DNA of 64,000 nucleotides, taken from Nemertoderma westbladi. Its lineage: Eukaryota; Animalia; Xenacoelomorpha. Within the stretch, counting starts at the first letter, position 1. The number at the start of each line of letters is the position of its first letter. The notes below the pieces were generated by a model. It made no database searches. It worked only from the letters and a program-made list of their open reading frames with translations, and had not been told where the DNA came from. Shown one piece after another: positions 13,301 to 22,307 of the stretch. Made by a program: the position numbers and the translations under genes. The DNA is taken from positions 74,525-138,524 of the forward strand of contig JAUCBJ010007166.1 of NCBI GenBank assembly GCA_032718475.1. The letters run 5' to 3'.

Positions 13301-14366
13301 CTTCCAACTCTCGGACCTGTTGGGAGGAGCGTATCCGATTCTCCTTCATCTCTCCAAGGAGAATATCCATCCCCCGCCGTCTCTCGTCTACCCAATCAAC
13401 CGCCGAAACGGGATCCGCCAACGTCGTAGCGGGCAGACGAGGGACAACGGGCGACAAATTTGGAATATTTCGCTCGGGGTCCAGGACTTGAACTGTCTCC
13501 TGGGCAGTTCTACGGGGCACAGGTAGCTTAGTGCTATGCAGAGGGAATTTAGAGGTAGTTTCAGGGAGCACAGGTGTGTCTATCACCGAAGGGGTGATTT
13601 CAAGAACAGGCCTAATTATTTCAGGCTCATCTACTATAGTAGGGAGTCTTTCTATTTTAATTATTTGGTCTGTGGGCTCTGTACTACCTAAGTTGGTGTT
13701 ATTTAGTTGCCTTCTAACAGCTGGAGGCAAATCAGGCAATTTCTGACGGTGGAATGTTCTTTTACGTCTACTTAGACGAGATCTATTTCCCTTGCCTTCA
13801 GTATCGGTGGTATCGCCTTCCTCAGATGATGTATATCCCTGTCTTTTGGGAGTAGATCGATTCATCATCTGCATATTACTAGCTGTTAACTGTTTATTTA
13901 TGCAGTCTTGATTCTCCTGAATGTTTTCCAATTCTAATTGGGTGGTTTCTTCAGCCGCTCTCCGTTCTGCTTCTACCACTGCCGCTGCCACTTTTGCCTC
14001 TGCCGCTGCCTCTGCCGCTGCCGCCTTTCTTTCTGCTTCTGCAGCTGCCACTGCTGCTGCTACTGCCGCTGCCTTTCTGTCTTCTATGCGTTTTTTCTTT
14101 ACTTGTTCTTCTTGTTCTCTAGCTATGCGGAGTTGTTCATCGAATTTAGCTTGGTTCGCCGCTAACCTATCCACATCAATCGCATCTAACACGAGTTTGG
14201 CTCCTTCGCTATTAGGGCTAAGTCCCTTTAACCTTCTCCTCAACTCTTCATCTCCCAAAAAACTGATAGTCTGACAGATAGATATCAATGGCATCCTTCT
14301 TATGCGGTTTCTCTGCCGTCGCTTCACTTTCCACTTGGGAAAAAGTAGCGTCCGTCGATTCTCCAT
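10326..14366 (-). CDS. BEL/Pao Gag-protease polyprotein, with RT/RNase H deleted and no integrase
   Basis: DUF1759-like KFNGDEMKWLPF...EKLRYLIECLEG; three Pao-type Zn knuckles (CVLCDGPHRLNAC, CYNCLRRGHQRRTC, CAKCGAKHHILLH); aspartic protease ALLDSGS; TRVGWYLTGP; then directly the RNase H tail WRYCPKKFNPTDIASRG and the linker YSSWNRL. Confidence 0.9.
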   Translation of the reverse strand: MENRRTLLFPKWKVKRRQRNRIRRMPLISICQTISFLGDEELRRRLKGLSPNSEGAKLVLDAIDVDRLAANQAKFDEQLRIAREQEEQVKKKRIEDRKAAAVAAAVAAAEAERKAAAAEAAAEAKVAAAVVEAERRAAEETTQLELENIQENQDCINKQLTASNMQMMNRSTPKRQGYTSSEEGDTTDTEGKGNRSRLSRRKRTFHRQKLPDLPPAVRRQLNNTNLGSTEPTDQIIKIERLPTIVDEPEIIRPVLEITPSVIDTPVLPETTSKFPLHSTKLPVPRRTAQETVQVLDPERNIPNLSPVVPRLPATTLADPVSAVDWVDERRRGMDILLGEMKENRIRSSQQVRELEETVQQFKGTVRESRLELQKVQQSIALERDKLVNLKKGIPPPSVTMCQPVRSEVSHAQGVEPTSIYTASEVETPIVNPIKGNYRPVDSDIPYRPDHNPRNLYTDNSILNSTMAQESFTRQMARTEARQAVKVGEIVKFNGDEMKWLPFNEYYKDNIQNSVLSNGEKLRYLIECLEGSPKLMALKFIGHPDGLRQVWDTLNIRYGNRTNIARYLYAKLMAPRKFLSSGIIEFSDEIQEICRQLDWLGKSHEYQNSMVVGALASTLPKGGVGTRWDKKVLYMMEQQQRDPTMADLMSFLDSEVKLQLIKQSREKTAESKVSEKPVSRRRVIPVCYTDDGESQTSQGEDSGKDTDRSYVNKMPKDQVSKSKSRPNDRREPVQKTPPTSPKRIQVRKPEERTSVHHTAHVKVSNIKPKCVLCDGPHRLNACDKFLRKSLKDRREVMWDKRLCYNCLRRGHQRRTCNSDARCAKCGAKHHILLHTEFERNSPSQVSESELHVQFSDVNDTDQSEMEGFYTDEFSDENESCYMINTAVYRALTYEKDPDNDFTLTTSERQPSWKEPSSNVGIREFPVVQVRVHGPERSYVVNALLDSGSTGTFIDKELAEDIFAGQPKFQTKLNMSGIMQVWKSTITADYYVGALSTPQDELGEHSIRSVKMVAIKNFATTQADLYNWDEDESIQHLNIPRFQTDYPGVQILIGQNAHEALETLEKRPAQPQPLQTYAVRTRVGWYLTGPSRRTLRERLLQDRVCQVSEWEDDTSEGDDPTEGTPHSSDNDNLSSNVDQWRYCPKKFNPTDIASRGATPQELTDTTDRLGEPDFLSKEDEWPPHLTPTEIRPAKGAEKVKPKTRTGGAELFEPGTDLSVLHIARDDAVDLDLPTASGSFMKIRESDWSSGTSDVSQGLSPLLQRATDHYSSWNRLCDAVIYFERCFYRHYSRTKRKPGIVFRMQRLNHPVGRLCLSEGNGGLSGNCGRQDSLPTTTSLILQTSRDSIT

Positions 14367-14444
14367 GGGTTGAGCGCTCCTCCAACTGAGCTTTCCACTG
14401 AGCTGCTCCTTGAACCTGGCGACTCACCCGTTGAAACCAAGTTT

Positions 14445-15242
14445 TTACGGCAACTTGCAACGACGTGTCTTGTTTTCTTTTAGAAGCCTCCTCAAAGATA
14501 AGATTAGCCTAATCCTCAAAACTCTTTCTCTAACTTGATAAAGCAGCGATCCCTGCTCTTGAGGTCCTTGAGGTTGTTGAAACAGTTTTCTCTCTACTCG
14601 CTCCATAGAGCTGAAGAATCCCTGGGCGTATCCGGCTGCGGACCTCTTCCATACAGCTGGATCGATGGTTTCCTTGGCTACTCCCATCCGGTGTATGTCT
14701 TCCCAGGCAGCTTCTAATAAATCAAACGGGAGTCCGGGTCCGGGGAAGTTCCATTGCGACTCGACAATAGACTTCAGTTCTTCACTCGTGTATCCCGCGT
14801 AACTATCTCTAGTTGACCGTTGACTTCTCGCCCAATCGATCTGGTGTTCTTCCACCGCGATCAATAACCCAGCGAGCACGGCTGCAGGAAGGATGAGAAG
14901 GGGATCCGTATAAACCGCATCCGTCATCTCTGCTCTGCGCTCGGGTGTCAGCTCTACAGTATCCTCACTACTGGAGCTGCTGGGCCGCTGAGGAATAAGT
15001 TCTTGACTAGCGGGTTGTTGCTGTTCCGCTGCCTTTTGGTCCCGCTTGACCTGAGCTCGAGTGCCTATGATAGACCTACGATGTTGGACCAGCCTAGGTT
15101 CTGTTATTACTACTGGAGGGATGACCTTCCTCACAGTGGGAGGTGAACTGAACTTACGACCAGACGGTTGTACATCTCTATCTGAGTCGCAGATAGTTAC
15201 ATCTAATAAACTGTCTGACAGGTTCTGCTTAGTATCAGACAT
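14445..15242 (-). CDS. Upstream ORF / probable N-terminal part of Gag
   Basis: 265-aa ORF in the same frame as 10326-14366, linked to it by a coding-like bridge in another frame (14248-~14510). Confidence 0.6.
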   Translation of the reverse strand: MSDTKQNLSDSLLDVTICDSDRDVQPSGRKFSSPPTVRKVIPPVVITEPRLVQHRRSIIGTRAQVKRDQKAAEQQQPASQELIPQRPSSSSSEDTVELTPERRAEMTDAVYTDPLLILPAAVLAGLLIAVEEHQIDWARSQRSTRDSYAGYTSEELKSIVESQWNFPGPGLPFDLLEAAWEDIHRMGVAKETIDPAVWKRSAAGYAQGFFSSMERVERKLFQQPQGPQEQGSLLYQVRERVLRIRLILSLRRLLKENKTRRCKLP

Positions 15243-16579
15243 GACTATGTATACCGTTGAATGTCTACTGCTGTATTACAGTCTGAGTAAGTCTAATAAC
15301 TGTTAGTAACTGTTAGTATTAACTGCTAGCCTAGTAATTAATTACCGATACTGCTACTCAGTGTAGCGTGATATATATAATATATTAGAATACCGGTATA
15401 CTTATAGTATATATAACTATATAAGTATTATTACAGACTATGTTTATCACAGAATACCGGTATAATTTTAGCACAAATATATATAAATATATAATAGGCC
15501 TATCGGAATACCGGTATACAGCTTACAGTTTGTAGTATATATAATTCTGGAATAGAATTAATTACAAGTACCGGTATAATTTCAGCCTAGATTTATAGAA
15601 ATAAGATAATAGGCCTATCGTAGATACCGGTATATCAATTATTTTAGAATAATTGAATTTGTGAACTTTAGGGTTACTTGGTTACTTTAACTTACTTTAT
15701 TACCGTTATTTAAGCAGTAATCCAACTGATATTGAGACCTAATGGTTTTATGGTAGGCCTACTATTTATAAATCGTTAGATTTGATTTATAATGTATTTA
15801 TACCCGTTTTAATGGGTTTAGTCAATGTTTGAAATAAATGTTATTATTTCTGGGGTAATCACTACACAAAGCGGTGCGCTTTTAGTGAAGTGTTACGTAT
15901 AGGACACTAAAACAAATAATTCTAATTTACCTAAGTTACTTAATACTACAAATTACGTACAATTCGGGTGAGATTACAATCTCTAAATAAACACAAAAAT
16001 TTACAAAAAAACACAAAATACGAATTTTTAGGGTAATTTTACAAGAAGTCTACAAACCAGCCTAACAAAGGGTTAGATATCCGGTTATTACAACGGACAG
16101 GGTACTACGGTATTTGAAATAATAAGTAGTAGTAAATACACTGCGTTGTCTAGATAGGAAAATACCACCGCCTGACGACCTATAGCCGTATCGCTATAGG
16201 TACTACGTTATGTATCACGGAGTGTTCCTACCTAGAAGTTAATAGAGCTAATCGAATGTGCCTATTAACCACTTTACAACACAAATATAATGCCTACACT
16301 AATTACTTTCGGAAAGCACTGTACACTAAACCCTAAATTAGGTACGAGTACTTGTACAACAAATAATCAGTAGTTAATTATACTTGAACAGCTAAAAGAA
16401 CCACGGCATCTGCTGGAGTGACCGATGCACAAAATCACCAGTCTTTACCTACGCCAAGCAGCCCGTGTAGTACCGGGGTTAATTTAACTATAGCGGTATG
16501 TATAACAAACACAATTACTGTAGGAACAAACTTGGGGAATGAATGTTGCGGATAATCGCATAAACTCTGAATAATAAAT

Positions 16580-17150
16580 ATTACGCTACGCGTACAAACT
16601 ACTCAAACAAAATACAGACCGAACACTGACAGACTACTATCAAGCCTAAACAAACTACGGTATATGCAGACTCCGAAATGATTAGGGAGTATGCGCTCTA
16701 ACCCAGTAGTGCGACTTATTCTTTAGTTGGGGGTTTACCTTACAGCGTTCGCTGCCCCTACTTCCTAACCGTACTTAATCAGACAAATGATCTACACACA
16801 CTGCAATCCGTTCAGACCTAATAACAGCCGGACAACTATCCAGCCTACAAATTATCTAAATAAAATTATACGCTACCCGTACAGACTTACACAAACAAAG
16901 TACAGACTAAACGATGGCAGACTACTCTCAAGCCTAAATAAACTACAGGACATGCAGACTCCGAAATGATTAGGGAGTATGCGCTCTAACCCAGTAGTGC
17001 GACTTATTCTTTAGTTGGGGGTTTACTTTACAGCAATGGCTACCCCAACTTCCCAACCGTTCTTTATCGGACAGGTGACCTACACACACTGCAACTCGTT
17101 CAGACTTAACAGCAATCAGACAACAGCTCAGCCTACAAATTGTCTGTACA
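16580..17150. repeat. Tandem duplication (~288-bp period) in the element's 5' UTR
   Basis: GCAGACTCCGAAATGATTAGGGAGTATGCGCTCTAACCCAGTAGTGCGACTTATTCTTTAGTTGGGGGTTTAC occurs at 16666 and 16954. Confidence 0.85.
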
Positions 17151-17413
17151 ATCTGATCAGGCTTACACGCCTTCTGTTCAATACTGGCCTACAAACAAAT
17201 AAAACTTGACAGAAATAAGTAAAAATCTCAATAAAAAACCAGGGCGGGCCCTCCCTGATTAATTATTAAGGCCTACCGGTATATAACTATCAAATCGAAT
17301 AATACTGCTGTACCTGTACTGCTGTAGGTACCGGTCCGGGTGGTTAGGTAGTCAGGCCTACTGGGTACCGGTTGCCGGTACTTCAGCTTTATTGCCTACT
17401 GCAATACAGAAGC

Positions 17414-17425
17414 TATATCCTTTAA
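17414..17425 (-). promoter_or_regulatory. Non-tRNA primer-binding site, complementary to an LTR-internal 12-mer (candidate self-priming site)
   Basis: Sense strand TTAAAGGATATA abuts the 5' LTR end, with no TGG. Its exact complement TATATCCTTTAA lies on the sense strand at 18177-18188. Confidence 0.6.
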
Positions 17426-18627
17426 TGTTCGCGCTTTCAGACCTTTGGCAGTTTAACCCGCCAAATTAAGATGTCTTCTAGATATTAAATCGCTTTTTAG
17501 CCTATGACAAGTATTTGATTCACTACACTAGTCGAAACCAATCCGTGCGCGACCATTCACCCGCTGGATATTCCCGGGAGATTGGGTTCGACGGTTTAAT
17601 TTTATTGCTATGTAAGCTTAATGTATTATTCGACTGACAGTATTATATAATCTCTGACAATATTATTTACCTTCGGGAATATTAACAGTTCCTTTAGGAC
17701 GTGGCGCTTTATCTATATAAACAGAGTTATGACTTAAACTACTCACAACGATATGGCTTAATTATAATTCACATATATGGCGCATTCTTTAGGAATTGCT
17801 TCTTTAACAGACTCGCTCATACGCAATGCTGCACAATACTGCACACTAATCTGCCAATCTTCACTGATTTTAGTCACATATAAAAGGAACACAGACTGAC
17901 TCATGTAGGGTCTATCAAATAACATTAGATTCACTTCAAACCACTTTAACATAAGTCACAATCGTTATTGGTAACCTTTCTCTCTTACCTTCGGTATATC
18001 AAGAATATTGGGTGTCGGGGTTATTTCTCGTTATTCCAATATAATAATTCATCAACAAATATAATGAATAACCGACAACAAATAGCAGTATGCAGTATTC
18101 ACAGATCAATCGTGCCAGTTTGTTTTGATATTTACAGAGTTTAAAGCCAGGTTGTTTGATGCGTAATTGCAGCCAGTTAAAGGATATATGTCCTTGTAAT
18201 TAAACCTACTAGTGTTGAGCTAAAAAGCATAAAACATAAAACACTACAAAGCCGTTCTTTCGTGGCTTTGAAAAACTCGTGACTACTGCTCTATACGAGG
18301 ATACCAACTCCCTTATTCCACGAAGCTCCCGTTCAACACAGAGAAAGAGCAGTGAGATAGGAAATTTTCAGTTCAGTACTCTGTGATAGGTCAAAATCAA
18401 GGCTAACTCAAATTCTATTGGGAGATACAAAACAAGGCTATGACGCAACCTCCCTAGGCTTGTTGGCCGATTAAACAGAGCCCAGATGCCTGCGTACAGC
18501 AAATCAGCCAATAAGCTGGTAACTTGCACTATTTTTAGCTGTAGATCACTTTGAGAGTATTCTTAGCGACTGGGGGGGAACTGGCCAACAAGGCAAACGA
18601 ATCAGTTATCCCACAAAAGCTTTTACA
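17426..18627 (-). repeat. 5' LTR (1202 bp)
   Basis: Direct repeat of 5871-7072; TGTAAAAGC...GCGCGAACA on the minus strand. Confidence 0.95.
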
Positions 18628-19013
18628 TACGCCTTATACTTTAATCATAAGCGGTATCGTTGCGTTTAGTATAAGTCCTAGTTCTGTTTAAATAGATAGA
18701 GCGCCACGTCCTAAAGGAACTGTTAATATTTCCCGAAAGCCAATAATATCTGTCAGAGATTAATTATTAACGATCTATCGAATAATACAGTAAGTTTACA
18801 CTGCAACCTTACACTGCAATAATAAAATTTAAGCATCCGAATTCAGCCTCCCGGGTGTAGATCCATCGGGTGAATGATCGCGCATGGGCTGACTTCGGCT
18901 AATGTTTTGTGTATTAGCATAAAATATTGTCGTATGCTAAAGGTGTTTTAATTAACTAAAAGACATATAAATTTTGGCAGGTTAAACTGCTAAAGGTCTT
19001 CAAAAGCGCGAAC
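18628..19013 (+). repeat. Partial LTR (3' ~390 bp) of the same family, opposite orientation
   Basis: Aligns by eye with ~3770-4152 and ends AAAAGCGCGAACA. Confidence 0.85.
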
Positions 19014-19326
19014 ACCCCCCCCCCCCCCCCCCCCCCCCCAGTGGTAATAGGGTTAATATTTCCTCAGTTTAAAAACAATTATATACGACCAGTAAATACT
19101 CTCACATTTGTATTGTCGGAATGGATGTTTTACAGCAGGTTGAGTCTACAATCGTGCGTTGCTAAGTTTTGATAAGGCGTTTCTGGCCTCATTTTGCTTG
19201 TTTACTAAAAATGCTTAGCCACTACACTTTACTGCTGCTTTAAAATCGAGCTATGTTCTGGCGTATTTTATGACTTCCAAATCCTGGACAGTCCATTCAA
19301 TGATGCCCACGCCTTCCCCTTACGTA

Positions 19327-19925
19327 CACCATGTCCTGGAATATAGTATTAATCAGGTACCTGCCCTGCCCAACCCAAAATTATTTTACAAATCTTAATA
19401 AGATTGCATGAAATTTGAAACAGAGATAGATCAAAACCCTTTCTATTCCCTGGGTGAGCCATAATTTTTATTTTCGCTTCATACTTTATCTACATGCGTT
19501 TAATAAAAGGTGTCTCCGCTGATATTGTACCAGTTACACCGCAATTACTATCCATCCTTATATATAGTGATTTGGTACCGATGGAAAGCCATGCATGGAT
19601 TCCAAATATGTATAAATATTTTAATTCAGTTGGGACATGTTGTTATGGGCACTCGAAAGTCATATGGTTTTGCACCTGCGCGAGGCTATTTTATTATATA
19701 AATATAGATAATAAATTTATTTTATTTAAATACACCATATTCTGGAACATATTGTTTATCCCATACGTACGCAGCGTACCTGAAATATTTATTTAATAAA
19801 TCATACTATTACACAGCTATTCATATATAAACAAAATGTTCCAGAATATGGTGTATTTATTTTTTAAATAGAATAAATTGCCTTAATGCAGGTACAAAAC
19901 CATGTAACTTTTGATCGCTCATATC
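19327..19925. mobile_element. Truncated MITE, same family as 50415-51263
   Basis: TA|CACCATGTCCTGGAATATAGT terminus plus an internal hairpin (TACACCATATTCTGGAACAT...ATGTTCCAGAATATGGTGTA). Confidence 0.7.
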
Positions 19926-20054
19926 CCCGTGTAACCCTAATCGTAACCATAATTCAAAGTAAAAGAAGTCATTCACATTATGAACTATACCATAATATTT
20001 GGAGCTTATATGTATGCTGAAACAATCAGACATTACTTGAGAACTGTCGAAGTT

Positions 20055-20705
20055 TACGTCACTCAAATGTTGTATATTGTCTGGTCGGAGTTGTGTGCAT
20101 TGTACTTGACACAGTGAACCCAGCGTAGCATTCTTGTGAATGTGCCATCCAGACATTTGGTGTTTTCCGAAGTTAGAGACGAAGGACTCCCATGGAGGAG
20201 TACTGGTATTACGGCTGCTCTAAATAGTCGTATCTTGAGATGCAGTTTTATTCTATGGGACTTCCATATCCTGAACTGGCTTTTCAATGCTGGTCATGCC
20301 TTACATATCTGAAGGTCTCTTAGCCTGACTTCCAGAAAAATGATCCGGAGGTAAGCAGAAGTCATCCACATGCTCAAACAAGGAGCTTATGTTCATACCA
20401 TCGAGATATTTCCTAAGGATTGTCAAAGTTCATTGTCAAAATTTTGGTCTTCTTCTTCTTGTAGTTTACAAAAGGACCAACACTAGAAGCAACCTGCTCC
20501 AAAGAGCAGGGGAGCGTTTGGGCTCTGTCTAGTTATTCTGACAGTATTTCTTTCCTTCCCATCACCCCATCTTTATTATGATGATCTAAGGACATGAGTA
20601 GAACTTTGTCAACCAGAATTATTAATAGGAATGTAGCAAGTGTGGCACCTGAAGGACACTCCCCATAAGACTTCGAATGGGTAAGTGTCACCATCAGCAG
20701 TAGAA
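20055..20705 (-). pseudogene. Decayed RTE-like LINE RT fragment
   Basis: RIWKSHRIKLHLKIRLFRAAVIPVLLHGS...LDGTFTRMLR, homologous to the copies at 38-39 kb and 42-44 kb. Confidence 0.8.
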
Positions 20706-21739
20706 ACGAGGTGAATTTAAAAGAGGTAAATTTAAGATCCTCAAGGGGAACACGGTGTAATCCATTGGTACAATGACTCGATTGTTCTTTTATACTGATG
20801 AAATAGTGGTACCAATACGTTAAGCTTGCTTACTCTGCCTTGCGCGAAGGCCCACAAACAATGTTCTTTGAAGCGCTATGATTTCAAAGCTGCAGGCCGG
20901 CGCACCCTGTTGCGATGTGGAACTCCTTGCATCCTAAGAACTCCAAGTTCGAAAGGGATCATCACAAGGATAATCGGAACGCGCCATACAACCTGGCTTC
21001 CTCAGAGGCTGATGAAAGAAAGGCTCGCGGGTGGGATTGGCTATAAGAGTGTCTGTCCCCGATAACGCTACAGAATTTTAATACAGTAGAATATTATTTA
21101 CACAGAATTAATTATATTTTCCAGTCTATCTGCATGCATACAGTAGTACCAATGCACCGGTTGTTCTCCTGCATAAATAATTTTAATAATATTCAGGAAT
21201 AATCGGTGCAGAACTAATAAAAGAAGCACATCTGTTATCACTAGGGATAATTTACATTTAATTTTTAGGAAATATACAGCCTTTTATTTTTTATTTTTTA
21301 CTTTTATTTTCTATCAATATTTCCATTTTCAAACAAAGTAACATACTCCAAGTCATAATATAATATATAAGAATATAATAATATATACTTTTTAAGATTA
21401 TGGTTCTCCTTTCTAAGCTACGAACTGTCATTGTCATCTTAAGGGCTACATTATAAGACTTGAAGTAAAATAGACAATTTGTTATTTTTGCCTTGTTATT
21501 CCTGGGAAATTTCGGAGAGGTATAAAATTTGAGACTAATTTTTAGATAAGTTTATAAAGGTGGGTGTATGTGTTGCAGATTATTGTAGGGGGGAGGACAG
21601 AGACTAGGAAGTGCTAATTCACAGTAATCACCAAGAACAGTAGTAAAATTATGAAAAGGTAAGATTTGTAAAGTGCTAAACAGAGGCGTAGCTATAGCTT
21701 TTGGCATTATCGAAGTTTTCGCTCTAAGGGTTTTCTTTA

Positions 21740-22307
21740 GGACTCTGATTGCCTGGTCGCTGATTTCATTTCTGAGTTCAGTTTTCGCTTTTACTGAAAT
21801 CTTGTTTGTCTGTATGTCTGTCTGTCGGTCTTTCTGACTATCCAACAATCTGTCCGTCAAATATAAGAAAAGGGCATACAATCAAGTTAAAAGTTTAGCT
21901 AGAGGGGTTTTCCAAGTTGTAGAATTCATTTCTAGTGTCAGTTTTAACATTTGATGACTTCCAAATTGTCTGTTTGGCAGTCAGTCTGTCGGTAATATTT
22001 TGACGGTCAGACTGAAAGGCATACAGACAGAAACGACAAGGCCAAATTTGAATATTGACATCTGAAATGAACTCACCGACCACGAAAACCCATGTAGGGA
22101 ATTTTTTTAGACAGATAGTTTGCTTTTTATTGACGGACAGACATACTGACGGGCACAGCGACAGTCATTCGGACAGACAGCGATATCTCGAAAACTAAGA
22201 CAGATCTTGCTAAACGGTTTTCAAATTTGGAATCTTGATAAAAATTTGTTCTAGATGAAAAAGAAAAAAATTTGAAATAAATTTAATGCCTGTACTACTC
22301 CCCTTAA
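21740..22307. repeat. Dispersed repeat with TCTG-rich modules (family also at 44140-44460 and 59280-60170), possible Kolobok-type non-autonomous element
   Basis: Shared GGTCGCTGATTTCATTTC...GTCAGTTTT and TCTGTCTGTC modules; ends CCCCTTAA. Confidence 0.5.

Larger units (their letters stand above)
5871..18627 (-). mobile_element. Complete but non-autonomous BEL/Pao-type LTR retrotransposon (12.76 kb)
   Basis: Two 1202-bp direct repeats with TG...CA ends, PPT at ~7073-7082, Pao-type gag and protease ORF, no RT or integrase motifs. Confidence 0.93.

Noticed and set aside
5866-18632. Target-site duplication for the intact LTR element
   Set aside because: Flanks ATACC and TACGC do not match at 4, 5 or 6 bp.
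20764-20816. Possible hammerhead ribozyme, C/D snoRNA or SECIS (ATGA...CTGATGA inside a terminal stem)
   Set aside because: No stem II plus GAAA for a hammerhead, boxes not placed as in C/D snoRNAs, and no apical AA or second helix for a SECIS.
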